NCBI RefSeq assembly: GCF_021869535.1
Contig: NW_026262745.1
Span: forward strand, 36,394,001 to 36,458,000
DNA: 64,000 nucleotides
Reading direction: 5' to 3'
DNA from: Mytilus californianus
Taxonomy: Eukaryota
Part shown: positions 23,177 to 33,390 of the stretch, in pieces
Layout: each line of letters starts with the position of its first letter
Numbering within the stretch: the first letter of the stretch is position 1
Program-made: the position numbers and the translations under genes
Notes under the pieces: model-generated
Database searches by the model: none
Seen by the model: the letters and a program-made list of their open reading frames with translations, nothing else
Told to the model about the DNA's origin: nothing

Positions 23177-24693
23177 AACAGAGCTAAAGAAACTAAACAG
23201 TTGTTTATAATTATTCTATGAAAGTTACAGATTACTGAATGCATTCCTATATACTTTCAGATTGATAGGTTCTACAGTACATTTTAGCTGACACATATTC
23301 AGCTGTATGGTAAACTAATACCTTCACAAGACACAGTTCTAGATGCCTGGAAGTGTAAGAATTTGAGGAGGTAACTTTTACAAAGACTACATAACAGTTT
23401 GTTCAGATAAACTAACAGTTATATTTATCAAAATTCTATTCATGGAATTTCAATAGTAAATAAATTCTGTTCCTAATGAGGATCATGGCTCTTTATAATA
23501 TGATAATCTCAGATGGTGATAAATTAATAAGTTCTAATCATAAGATAGTTATATGCTAGACAGGGGTGTTAGACAAGGATTGATAATATCTCCTATCATC
23601 TTTGATAAAGAGGTGGGACTTTTACAAGGTAACTTGACAAGCTTGTATAAACATCCCTAGGGGATGGAGATTAGAATCCTCAGTCCCTTTGTAGGATAAT
23701 GATAAAATCAGACTAGGGACTTGTACCATGATTATTTTGTATTATACCAGATAATGATATTTTGATAGAAAATATTCTCCTTGCTTAACAACCAGGAAAG
23801 ATGTTATAGAAAAATAAACATTGATATAATTTTATATAATTTTCTAACTTCAGTCTCAGATTAATTGCTTTGACCCATGTCTGTATCCTGTTGAATAAAT
23901 AAACTGGTCTTTGACTTTTATGCTTCATTAGTATAAATTAATTGCAAAAGTATCTTTGCTGATTCTCAGATATATATATATATATATATGGTAGATGTAA
24001 GTGAACTAAAATCTGAATTATAATAATTTTATTACAATGAAATTCATCTTCTATCACGTTTTTTAAAACACAAAAATATAATTTATATCATATAGTAAAT
24101 AAATAATCAAATAATTTTCAAACTGTTTCAAATTATCAATCAATTCTGTAAAATTTTTGATCAAAAATAAGAAGATCAGAAATTTTTGTTTTCATTGAAG
24201 TTTTTTTATAAGATTTAGTTTTCATTTTATACACAAATCAGCAAGTTCAGACTAAATAACCAGTACACCAACACTTGTGTCTCTTTACCAAGAACATTTA
24301 ATTCGATCTTGTTTCTAGAGATAGAAAAAAATGGTAAATTTTGAAAATTATTGATAGAAGTTTTTTTTAGGCAATTTTATTTGTATTTCATAAAAGTAAA
24401 GATTTTCTTTATCTTTAAAATTATGCTTCACAATTTTTTTTCAGTAAGAAAAAAACTATAAGAATGTTAAAATTTTGATTTAAATTTTTTATCATGTAAG
24501 CTAGTGTTGTTTATCAAGGTAAAATTAAAAATCATAACGGAGGATGTCCCCATGGCTATAGAATTAGTCTAAATCCTATATATTTAAAAGACTTGAGACT
24601 TACTTTCTTGATTGTGTAGATTTTTCAGGAAAAAATAGTTCAAAGTTACCAAGGGGACATTCTAAACTCATTTGTTAAAAAAAACCCTGACAA

Positions 24694-25050
24694 CGTATTG
24701 TTATGCGTTTACTTTTCTACATTGGCTAGAGGTATAGGGGGAGGGTTGAGATCTCATAAACATATTTAACCCCGCCACATTTTTGCGCCTGTCCCAAGTC
24801 AGGAGCCTCTAGCCTTTGTCAGTCTTGTATTATTTTTAATTTTAGTTTCTTGTGTACAATTTGGAGTTTAGTATGGCGTTCATTATCACTGAACTAGTAT
24901 ATATATTTGTTTAGGGGCCAGCTGAAGGACGCCTCCGGGTGCGGGAATTTCTCGCTGCATTGAAGACCTGTTGGTGACATTCTGCTGTTGTCTGTTCTAT
25001 GGTCGGGTTGTTGTCTCTTTGACACATTCCCCATTTCCATTCTCAATTTT
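24694..25050 (+). mobile_element. 5'-truncated 3' end of the Naiad-like PLE (family 1)
   Basis: 357 bp with about five differences by eye from 30061-30417; nested in another repeat. Confidence 0.9.
24724..24814 (+). ncRNA. Predicted type-P5 twister ribozyme (family 1)
   Basis: P5 GGCTAGAGG/CCTCTAGCC, GGGG-GAGGG, T^AA-CCCC-GC, CCTG-TCCCAAGT-CAGG; predicted cleavage between 24767 and 24768. Confidence 0.72.
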
Positions 25051-25301
25051 AACATCAAGATACGGCAAAAAAAAAAAAAACACACAAAAAGACAAGTCCA
25101 CAAAACACTACATAGAAAACAAAAGACTTGGAAACATGAACCCAACAAAATCCAGGGGTTTACTCAGGTCCTCTAAGAGAGAGCAGTTCCTGTTCCACAT
25201 GTAGCACCCATCGAAAGTTGCTGAAAGAAGTATATAGGAAATGCTTACCATTAGCTAATCTGTTAATATTTACTAACAAGGACCCCTCTTTTTTCCCACA
25301 G

Positions 25302-25405
25302 GTATAGGCAATCATATTCATATAATAAAGTAAATATAAGAAAAGAAGAAAAAGATAATGGAACATCTTCTATTGGGATGCATATAGATGCAAGAACTTT
25401 CCCAG
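25302..25405 (+). CDS. Coding exon of an unidentified gene, possibly the start of a PDZ domain
   Basis: TACTAAC branch point at 25271, pyrimidine tract plus CAG, strong CAG|GTAAGT donor. Open frame YRQSYSYNKVNIRKEEKDNGTSSIGMHIDARTFP(G); KVNIRK...SIGMHI resembles PDZ betaA-betaB. Confidence 0.55.
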
Positions 25406-27608
25406 GTAAGTAAAATGTAAAAATCTTGAAACTTTGTACCTAACAGCTTCATTTCTCCATGTTAATATAAGGAGATGTGTTATGATTACCAATGAGAAAA
25501 CTATCTACCACAGACCAAAGGATGGGGTTGTGTAAAAAACTATAGGGCACCAAATGGCCTTCAACAATGAGCACAACCAATACCATAGAACAAGCTTTAA
25601 TAGGCCCCAGCATGACAAAACATGAAACAATTTAAAAGAGAAACCCAATGGCCTCATTTGTGCAAAAAACAATAAATTGAAAACAAAAATGAAAACTATT
25701 GAATTACAAGTTCTAGACTTGAGAAATGTACATTGTGACTGGTTGGATTACACATGTTTGTGGGTACTCCCCCCCCCCCCCTTTTTCCCCTAATACTGGA
25801 TGGTGTATGGGCACAAAAGAACAAATATTAAAAAAACAGTTTGAAATGGCTTGATGCATTTATTATGGGCAGCTAAGGGAGATAATCAGAAATTTTTATG
25901 CACACAAGTTAAATACTTTTTATCAGTATTAAAGTTTAAAGAAAACATGTGCATTCAGTTGTAAAACTGGCTAAAAAAAGGAAGAGGATAACAAATTTCC
26001 AAAGATATAATTTACTTAATTGTGTTATCTAGGGAAAAATGTGTAAGATTAAACGCTTTTAAGATTAGAACTAAATATAAGAAAGAGCTTTTTTATCCTA
26101 TGTGGCTAAAGTCATTGTGAGCTCTTGCTTTCATTTAGTGGCTGTGTCTGTCATGATCCTACTGTTTAGATTTGTCATTTTGATCGTCTACTTATGATTT
26201 ATATTTACATCAAAAACTTAAAGAAAAAACTGCACTGTGATTGCATAATTCCAATCCAAGTCCATCTAAGCTTCAAGAAAATATAAGGATGTGATTCTTT
26301 CTATCCAAGTCCATCAAAGTTTTTGAAAAAAGTTTTCTTTGAAGGTAGTCACTATGAAAAAATCCGTCAAAAACTTTGACCAAGAAAAATTGTACAAGAA
26401 AACTTTGATAGTGACCACTAGCCTTAATTTACTTCTTATATTTAAACTTAAGAAACTTAAAATCATAATTGTAATATGCTACTGAAATGAAAGGTTAATA
26501 TAAATGGGTTCGATAAATGTAGATTCCAACCTAAATAAGCATTAATGTGGTCTGCTGTCCTGTCCTATATTTTTGGTAATTGCTGTTATCCATTTACATT
26601 ACATCAACTTTATTTTCATAAAAATCTTTCAACAACTCGTGGTTTTCTGGTTCTTATTAATTTGACAATTTTAGACTAATGATTGGAAAAATTGAATAAT
26701 ATCATAATTATGTCATAGTAATTAAGATAACTTGATTAGCCTTGAACCCCAGCAAATGTGAAAATGATTGAACATGATGCCATAAGTGTGACCAGGTTAT
26801 TAAAATAAGATGGTATGGGTTTCATTTCATAATCCAGATTCATAATTATTTGGTAATTAAATGATATGATAAAGATATTTGCAGGATAAATTAATTAGAA
26901 ACTTGTTTAATTAATTACCTAAAGAAAGTGTGGTGAGGCTCAACTTCAGTTATGAATCTGATATGAGAGGAGGGTGACAGGGATGTGGGATATAAGGGCT
27001 TGAAAAAGAAGTGAGATCTGGGGAAAATAGTGGGATTTGTTTGAAGTTGTATTTGAGAAAAGAGCACCCCCAAGTTACCCCCTCTCCATATGTTTGATAT
27101 ATACCACCCCTCAAATGAAGTCCAACATGTACTACTACTAGAGTACTAGATGACCTCCCACTCTTCATAAATAATTGGAAGATGGTGTCAAGAAATATGA
27201 TGAAACTGACCCTCTGTGTGTATAATTATTTCAAATTAGTTCTAATTTGAATGATAAATCAAAATTATGTTCAAATTACAGATAAATATCTCTTTATTGG
27301 ACTTCATTCAGGTCAAGATTAAAAGTAATGGGGTTTTTCTAATATCTGTATCTACTCCATATGCCTTACACTGGTGTTATAAGTTTTGAAGGATCTGTGA
27401 CCAATGCATGTATTATGTATTAGTCACAGGTTGGATTTATCATAAAACAGTTCTTAAAGGAATATTGGATGTCAGTTTATAAAAATAAAATGTTTGGTCA
27501 TAAATGCTGTGAAAGGAGAATTAAGGTATATGTAGTCATCAATGAACCAGCAACCCAACAACACAATCAAACAAAATAGATATTTAATGGTAAAACAAAG
27601 AAGGAAGA

Positions 27609-28380
27609 TACTGTATAGCAGGTTATTTTCGCGGGTGTAAAATTTCGCTATTTAGGGGCAACAAAGTATACGAAAAAATTTGGCGGTTTTTATTTTGGCG
27701 GATTCTTTAATCCCTATTAAATATTTTGGCGGATACTGAAATGGTTGCAGTTAAAAAGTTGTAAACATTGACAAGAGATAGAGAGATAAGATAAATAATA
27801 GTTTATTTAAGTGTCACATATTGATCTATAATAAAAGTATCTATTGTTATGGTTAAATGATTGTTTTACCTGCATGACGTCTTTATATTTATTGATTATA
27901 TTTTGATACAGTTAATCAATAGAATACTGGTACTTATCTATTTGTCACAGGTGTACAAACCTCTGGTAAATGTTACGGTTGATTAGTTACGAAATTAACC
28001 GGACCTTTGATGTATTAATTAGATCATAAAATTATCATTAGTGACTTGCGACTCTTATATAATTTGACACTAATAAGGATAAAATACCTGACAGAGAACC
28101 TTACACTCTAATATTATTAATTATTTTATTATGTAACCAATTAACTAATTAACACCTGACAGCCTGGGAACAATGGCCTTTCGCATTTATGTTGGTTAAA
28201 TTAACATAAACCATTATTGATTTGACGAACGGGAAAAATAGATAGTTTATAAAACGCTTTAGCTATTAGAAAGTACCGAACGTATGCATAAATTTTCGTG
28301 GAATTTAATTTCACGATTTCCCCTTACCCGCCAAAATAAGCGAAAATAAACACCCTGCGAAAATAACCCGCTATACGGTA
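27609..28380. mobile_element. TA-target MITE (Tc1/mariner-type ends)
   Basis: About 45-bp TIRs TA-CTGTATAGCAGGTTATTTTCGC... / ...GCGAAAATAACCCGCTATACGG-TA. Confidence 0.9.
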
Positions 28381-28514
28381 CCAAGTGCAATCAAAAACCA
28401 TAACATAAGTTGAAGAAAGACAGACAAATCCTTGACCAAAAGAAAAAAGACGGACAAAGCCATGACCAAGAGAAGAAAGACAGACAAAAGCCTTGATCAA
28501 AAGAAAAAAGACAA

Positions 28515-28751
28515 CAGGGTTGCATTCAATATTGTAGCAGCTAGTACAGCCTCTATGTCTTAGATATCTATCTATGTTGAACGATATGCTAGGTAGCTAG
28601 CCTATCAAAATGACGTAATCAGTTATAACCTTTCTGATGCATTTTGGATTCTCTAGATAGCTTTTTTGGGCTACTTAGATCTAATAAGCGGCTAGGCTAG
28701 CTATATGTTCAGTCCTCAAAATTTACGTAGCAGCTACGATATTGAACGCAA
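28515..28751. mobile_element. MITE with TTGCRTTCAATATYGTAGC TIRs, nested in another repeat
   Basis: TTGCATTCAATATTGTAGC ... GCTACGATATTGAACGCAA; interior rich in GCTAG; the right end is eroded. Confidence 0.7.
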
Positions 28752-29463
28752 TATACACCACACACAAAAAATCCAAAGATTGACAACCACACAAAGTACT
28801 AAAAACTAAAAACAGAAAAAGAGGAATGGCAAAATTTAGTACTATTTAATAAAGTGTATCTTTTAGTCCTGTTCTAGTCTGTGATTGCTCAAGATATCCG
28901 ACTGTCTTTTTAGCTCACCTGACACAAATGGTCATCACTTGGTGCCTGTCATTGTTGTCTGTTAACTTTTTCAAAAATCAAAAATCTTATGCTCTGAAAC
29001 TGCATGTCCAATTGGAACAAAACTTTGCCACAATAATAAGATAAGGGTTATCTAGTTAAGAAGAAAATATGTCCAATGATCCAACCTCAGCCACCTGCCA
29101 TGGCTTGCATGACTAAAAACAAAACATATTGGTAAAATGCAAGTTTTGCCTATTATCTTAGTTTCAGAAATGTTCAGAATAATGAGAACTACCTAATGAT
29201 TAGTTACATCAAAACTGTCAGACGACTTCTCATAGAACTTTTTGCAATGCAACATATTTAAGTCTTTTACGTTCATAGATGGCATAACTTGGTAATGAAG
29301 TTATTTTAGGGTAAATCATTATAGTGGGTATCTGCTGCAAACAAAAACTTCCCACAAAACTTGTGTTTGTATTCATTATTTTGTGTAGAATTTTAATTTT
29401 TGTGTTAAATAAGCATTAAGATGCAAATAAGTTCTTTAAATGCAGTTCATTTAGTAAAGCAGG

Positions 29464-29778
29464 TTATTACACCAGGGTTTTCGATATCACAAACTAGTCA
29501 AAACATTTACTAAATTTTATCATCGGTATAAGGACATCATTCGTAAATATAGCTCAACATGCAGACTTCTTATACGTTCAGGTATTTCACATCCAATTTT
29601 TTATGGAAATATTCTTTATAAAGCACAAAAATGTCAGTATTCACCTCTGAAGCTAACAAAACCTTTAAATAGACTTATTAAGAAGGGATATAGTTACGAT
29701 ACTGTTGTCAGGTCATTAAAGATTGCATATTTTGGCGTTAATATTGATTCACTTATAGGGTCTTTGCATCGGCACTAA
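29464..29778 (+). CDS. PLE reverse transcriptase C-terminal 104 aa (no ATG, absent from the ORF track)
   Basis: LLHQGFRYHKLVKTFTKFYHRYKDIIRKYSSTCRLLIRSGISHPIFYGNILYKAQKCQYSPLKLTKPLNRLIKKGYSYDTVVRSLKIAYFGVNIDSLIGSLHRH*; no internal stop. Confidence 0.85.
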   Translation, partial: LLHQGFRYHKLVKTFTKFYHRYKDIIRKYSSTCRLLIRSGISHPIFYGNILYKAQKCQYSPLKLTKPLNRLIKKGYSYDTVVRSLKIAYFGVNIDSLIGSLHRH

Positions 29779-29821
29779 ACACATTTATTTAAAAACCAGT
29801 TGTTGGCATGACACGGGTTAT

Positions 29822-29902
29822 GTTCTTCTCATATATGTTATGATGGTATGATACTAAACCCCTAACGGGAAGGATTGTGCCTGATATTCATATGATGAAG
29901 AC
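29822..29902 (+). promoter_or_regulatory. SECIS element (form II) in the PLE 3' UTR
   Basis: ATGA at 29840-29843; 12 nt to AAA at 29856-29858; helix II GGTATGAT/ATTGTGCC; apical mini-stem CCC/GGG; 3' TGAT at 29882-29885; helix I CTTC..ATATG/CATAT..GAAG. Confidence 0.75.
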
Positions 29903-30090
29903 ATAATCTTTCAATCAGTTTAATTGAAGTCTGGAGCTGGCATGTCAGTTAACTGCTAGTAGTCTGTTGTTATTTATGTATTATTGTCATTTTGTTAATT
30001 TTCTTTGGTTACATCTTCTGACATCAGACTCGGACTTCTCTTGAACTGAATTTTAATGTGCGTATTGTTATGCGTTTACTTTTCTACATT

Positions 30091-30181
30091 GGCTAGAGGT
30101 ATAGGGGGAGGGTTGAGATCTCATAAACATGTTTAACCCCGCTGCATTTTTGCGCCTGTCCCAAGTCAGGAGCCTCTAGCC
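30091..30181 (+). ncRNA. Predicted type-P5 twister self-cleaving ribozyme
   Basis: P5 GGCTAGAGG/CCTCTAGCC (9 bp); P2 CCCC/GGGG; GAGGG with the catalytic-G position at 30108; T^AA (predicted cut between 30134 and 30135); GC; P3; P4 CCTG/CAGG; L4 TCCCAAGT. P1 is atypical. Confidence 0.75.
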
Positions 30182-30584
30182 TTTGTTAGTCTTGTATTAT
30201 TTTTAATTTTAGTTTCTTGTGTACAATTTGGAGTTTAGTATGGCGTTCATTATCACTGAACTAGTATATATATTTGTTTAGGGGCCAGCTGAAGGACGCC
30301 TCCGGGTGCGGGAATTTCTCGCTGCATTGAAGACCTGTTGGTGACCTTCTGCTGTTGTCTGTTCTATGGTCGGGTTGTTGTCTCTTTGACACATTCCCCA
30401 TTTCCATTCTCAATTTTATTAAACAGCAAAATATTTAATCTCAAAATAAAGTTTTTGTCAAATATACATATAATTTGATGGTGAAATTTTTAAAAGAAGA
30501 CATTATTGAAGCAAGGTATGCTTCAATTAGACAGCAACTCAACAACAAAAAAAGCAAAAGGCATCGTTCTCTATTTAATTGTTT

Positions 30585-30745
30585 AATATTTTTCATGTCG
30601 GGGCCTTTTATAGCCAACTATACCGTATGGGCTTTTCTCATTGTTAAAGGCCGTACAGTTGCCTATAATTGCTTACATCCACTTTATTTGAACTTTGGTG
30701 GATAGTTGTTTCATTGGCAGTCATACCACATCTCCTTATTTTTAA
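30585..30745 (+). mobile_element. Family-2 repeat 3' fragment
   Basis: GGGCCTTTTATAGC...GGTGGATAGTTGTTTCATTGGCAGTCATACCACATCTCCTTATTTT. Confidence 0.75.
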
Positions 30746-31045
30746 ATGTATAATAATCTTCAACAAGAGACATATGTCAAGCTCTAAATAGTTCTGAGTC
30801 TGTACATTTGCACAAGCCATATTATATCCATAAAACACCTGTAAAAAGAGCACCAGTTAAAGGAACAGTTTGAAATGATGTTGATTTGAATTTAAATCAC
30901 TAGTTGTTAAAGCATCTTTAGATGTTGCTGAAATAGTAAATCCAGCGACTTTTTATTGTACAGAAGTTCAACTGAAATTAGGCCAATTAAAATTAATTGA
31001 TAGATTTTCATCCCCGCTCACCCCTCTGAAATTGTCCCGCCCCGA

Positions 31046-32250
31046 TTTTTGTCGAGTCTGCGACTTTTGTTGCAGAAAGCTCGACATAGGGAAAGTGATC
31101 CGGCACCGGCGGCGTTAGCTAACTTCTTAAAAGCTTTATATTTTAGAAGCTAGAATACCTGGATGCTTCATGCTTTGTATATAGATGCCTTATGTTACGA
31201 AGTTTCCGTCTGTCATATGTCCAATGTCCTTGACCTCATTTTCATGGTTCAGTGACTATACTTGAAAAAAAAGTCAACATTTTTTGTAATGTTAATTTCT
31301 TTCTTATTATGAGTAATAGGATAACTATTTTTAGTATGTGCGTACCTTGCAAGGTCCTCATGCCCGTCAGACAATTTTCATTTGACCTCGACCTCATTTC
31401 ATGGATCAGTGAAAAAGGTTAAGTTTTCTTGGTCAAGTCCATATATCAGATAATATAAGCAGTAGGTCTACTATATTTGGTATATGGAATGATTGTAAGG
31501 TGTACATGTCCAACTGGTAGGTGTCATCTGACCTTGACCTCATTTTCATGCTTCAGTGGTCAAAGTTAAGTTTTTGAGTTTTGGTCTTTTTTTCTAATAC
31601 TATATGCAATAGGTCAACTATAAATGGTGTATGGAAATATTTTATGATGTACATGTCAGTCTCACGGGTTTTATTTGACCTTGACCTCATTTTCACAGTT
31701 CATTTCTCAGTGTTAAGATTTTGTGTTTTGGTCTGTTTTTCTTCAACTATAAGCAATAGATCAACTATATTTGATGTATGGAAGGATTATAAGGTGTATA
31801 TGTCTGTCTGGCAGGTATCATCTGACCTTGGCCTCATTTTCATGGTTCATTGGTCAATGTTAAGTTTTCATGGTTAAGTTTGTTTCTTAGATACTATAAG
31901 CAATAGGTCAACTATATTTAATGCCTTAATTGATTGTAAGGTGTACATGTCTGTCTGGCATGGTTCATCTGACCTTGACCTCATTTTCATGGTTCATTGG
32001 TCAATGTTAAGTTTTCTTGTTTAAGACTGTTTCTTAGAAACAATAAGCAATAGGTCAACTATGTTTGGTTTATTGAATGATTGTAAGGTGTACATGTATT
32101 TCTCATTTGGTTTATCTGACCTTGACCTCATTTTCTTGGATCATGTTAAGTTTATGTGTTACTTGTAGTAAAGCTTTGTATTTGGGACTATCAACATAAA
32201 ATCAATGGTTAGTAAAGAAGGCGAGACATTTCAGCGTGTGCACTCTTGTT
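31046..32250 (+). mobile_element. HINE with seven about 147-bp core repeats
   Basis: 5' TTTTTGTCGAGTCTGCGAC...GCTCGAC; anchor (A/G)CCTCATT at 31233, 31391, 31537, 31684, 31831, 31978 and 32125; 3' AAGGCGAGACA followed by CAGCGTGTGCACTCTTGTT. Confidence 0.85.
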
Positions 32251-32944
32251 TTTATTTTTACGATTTCAGGACTTTTTTCATTTCCATTGCCGGTAACCGC
32301 CAATAATTTCGCTTCATTCAAAACTTCCTTATTCAAATTTCGGTTTTCATATTTCTTCAAGAAATATAAGTCGACATATTCTTCTGCTCAATGATGACAA
32401 CATTATCTTCTGAGAATATAGATTGATTACTAAAAGGGCATGAAATATTCGGGTTATGAGTAATAGGCGGTGTCCTAAAGATCCCTAATCGCGGTATGTC
32501 ACAAATTTCAGTGAATAGAAAACCATGGATTTTTTTTTATTTATACAATGACTTTGTGTCAGATAGTTTGGACTGTAAATGATATCCAAAGTGCAAGAAT
32601 CGTGGAACACATTGGTACAAAAACATGACTGGAATAAAGTTATTGACACAAGCACGAACATGTGCGATAATGACCGTATATTGAGTACAAAGAGTCGGCT
32701 TGCGTACAAAATGTATTATAGCAAGCCCTTAGATTTACCCAAAGGCTGTTGTTTTGATGGACAAACAGCAAACACCCTATGTCCCCAGCCCCTCAAAAGA
32801 GTCATTAAAAAACTTTTTCTTTTTGGTTCAGTTCATGTTTTGAATTGTAATTATATTTGCACCTTGCAAAATAATCTTAAAAGCATCAACCCTAGTATTT
32901 TCAACTCAGTTTGAGTTTTCATTTCACTCTGTACTCATAATATT

Positions 32945-33390
32945 TGATTGATTGTTGATTGTTGGTTGCTTAACGTCCAGTGGCAAATATTTCATGCATG
33001 TTCAGGACTAGAACAGATCAACAATAAATACAATAGATAGGTCCTGTAATAGAGGACGTTTGGAACGAAGGTCGGGGTAAAGTTGGACTGCCAATGGAAA
33101 ATGAGGGTATAATGGATAGGGGCAGAAATTTAGCCTTGCAACAGGCGACCTACGAACCCCTCAAAGAGTTGTTGCAAGGGTTCTTAACGTGCAGAGAGCG
33201 TGGCACTCTTCTCTACAGGAGGCATCAGATTTAACATCCCCATTCTGCACAGCCAAACGGACGCCCCACATTGGCAAGGGTTTTACTGCCGGTCGGAAGA
33301 AGACCTGTAGTGACCATATTTCTATTCCCCAATCACCCTTGGGGATCATATTTGTGTCGCATACCAATGCATATGCTTCATTTTATGGTC
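32945..33390 (-). mobile_element. SINE-like element with (CAAT)n tail
   Basis: The minus strand has GGATGTTAAA...CTCTGCACGTTAAGAACCC (Deu/Nin-like core, from memory) and ends ...ACTGGACGTTAAGCAACC-AACAATCAACAATCAATC; the ORFs at 33161 and 33189 lie inside it. Confidence 0.65.

Larger units (their letters stand above)
29464..30417 (+). mobile_element. 5'-truncated Penelope-like retroelement, Naiad-like (RT at the C-terminus), with SECIS and twister in the 3' UTR
   Basis: Open RT C-terminal frame to a stop at 29778 with no GIY-YIG after it, then about 640 bp of 3' UTR shared with the copies at 24.7 kb and 40.4 kb. Confidence 0.85.

Noticed and set aside
24894-25204. Overlapping 62-84 aa ORFs (also 40301-40531)
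   Set aside because: Chance frames in the PLE 3' UTR repeat and its flank.
26345-26418. CACTA...TAGTG short inverted pair
   Set aside because: Imperfect, with no TSD; insufficient for an EnSpm/CACTA call.
30281-30350. HDV-like ribozyme interpretation of the second motif
   Set aside because: P1/P2 pseudoknot pairings work in some family-2 copies but not in family 1, and the L3 and J4/2 consensus is absent; kept only as an unclassified motif.
31046-32250. CRISPR-like periodicity in the tandem arrays (also 1-425 and 41949-42900)
   Set aside because: Whole units repeat with no unique spacers, the context is eukaryotic and there are no cas genes.
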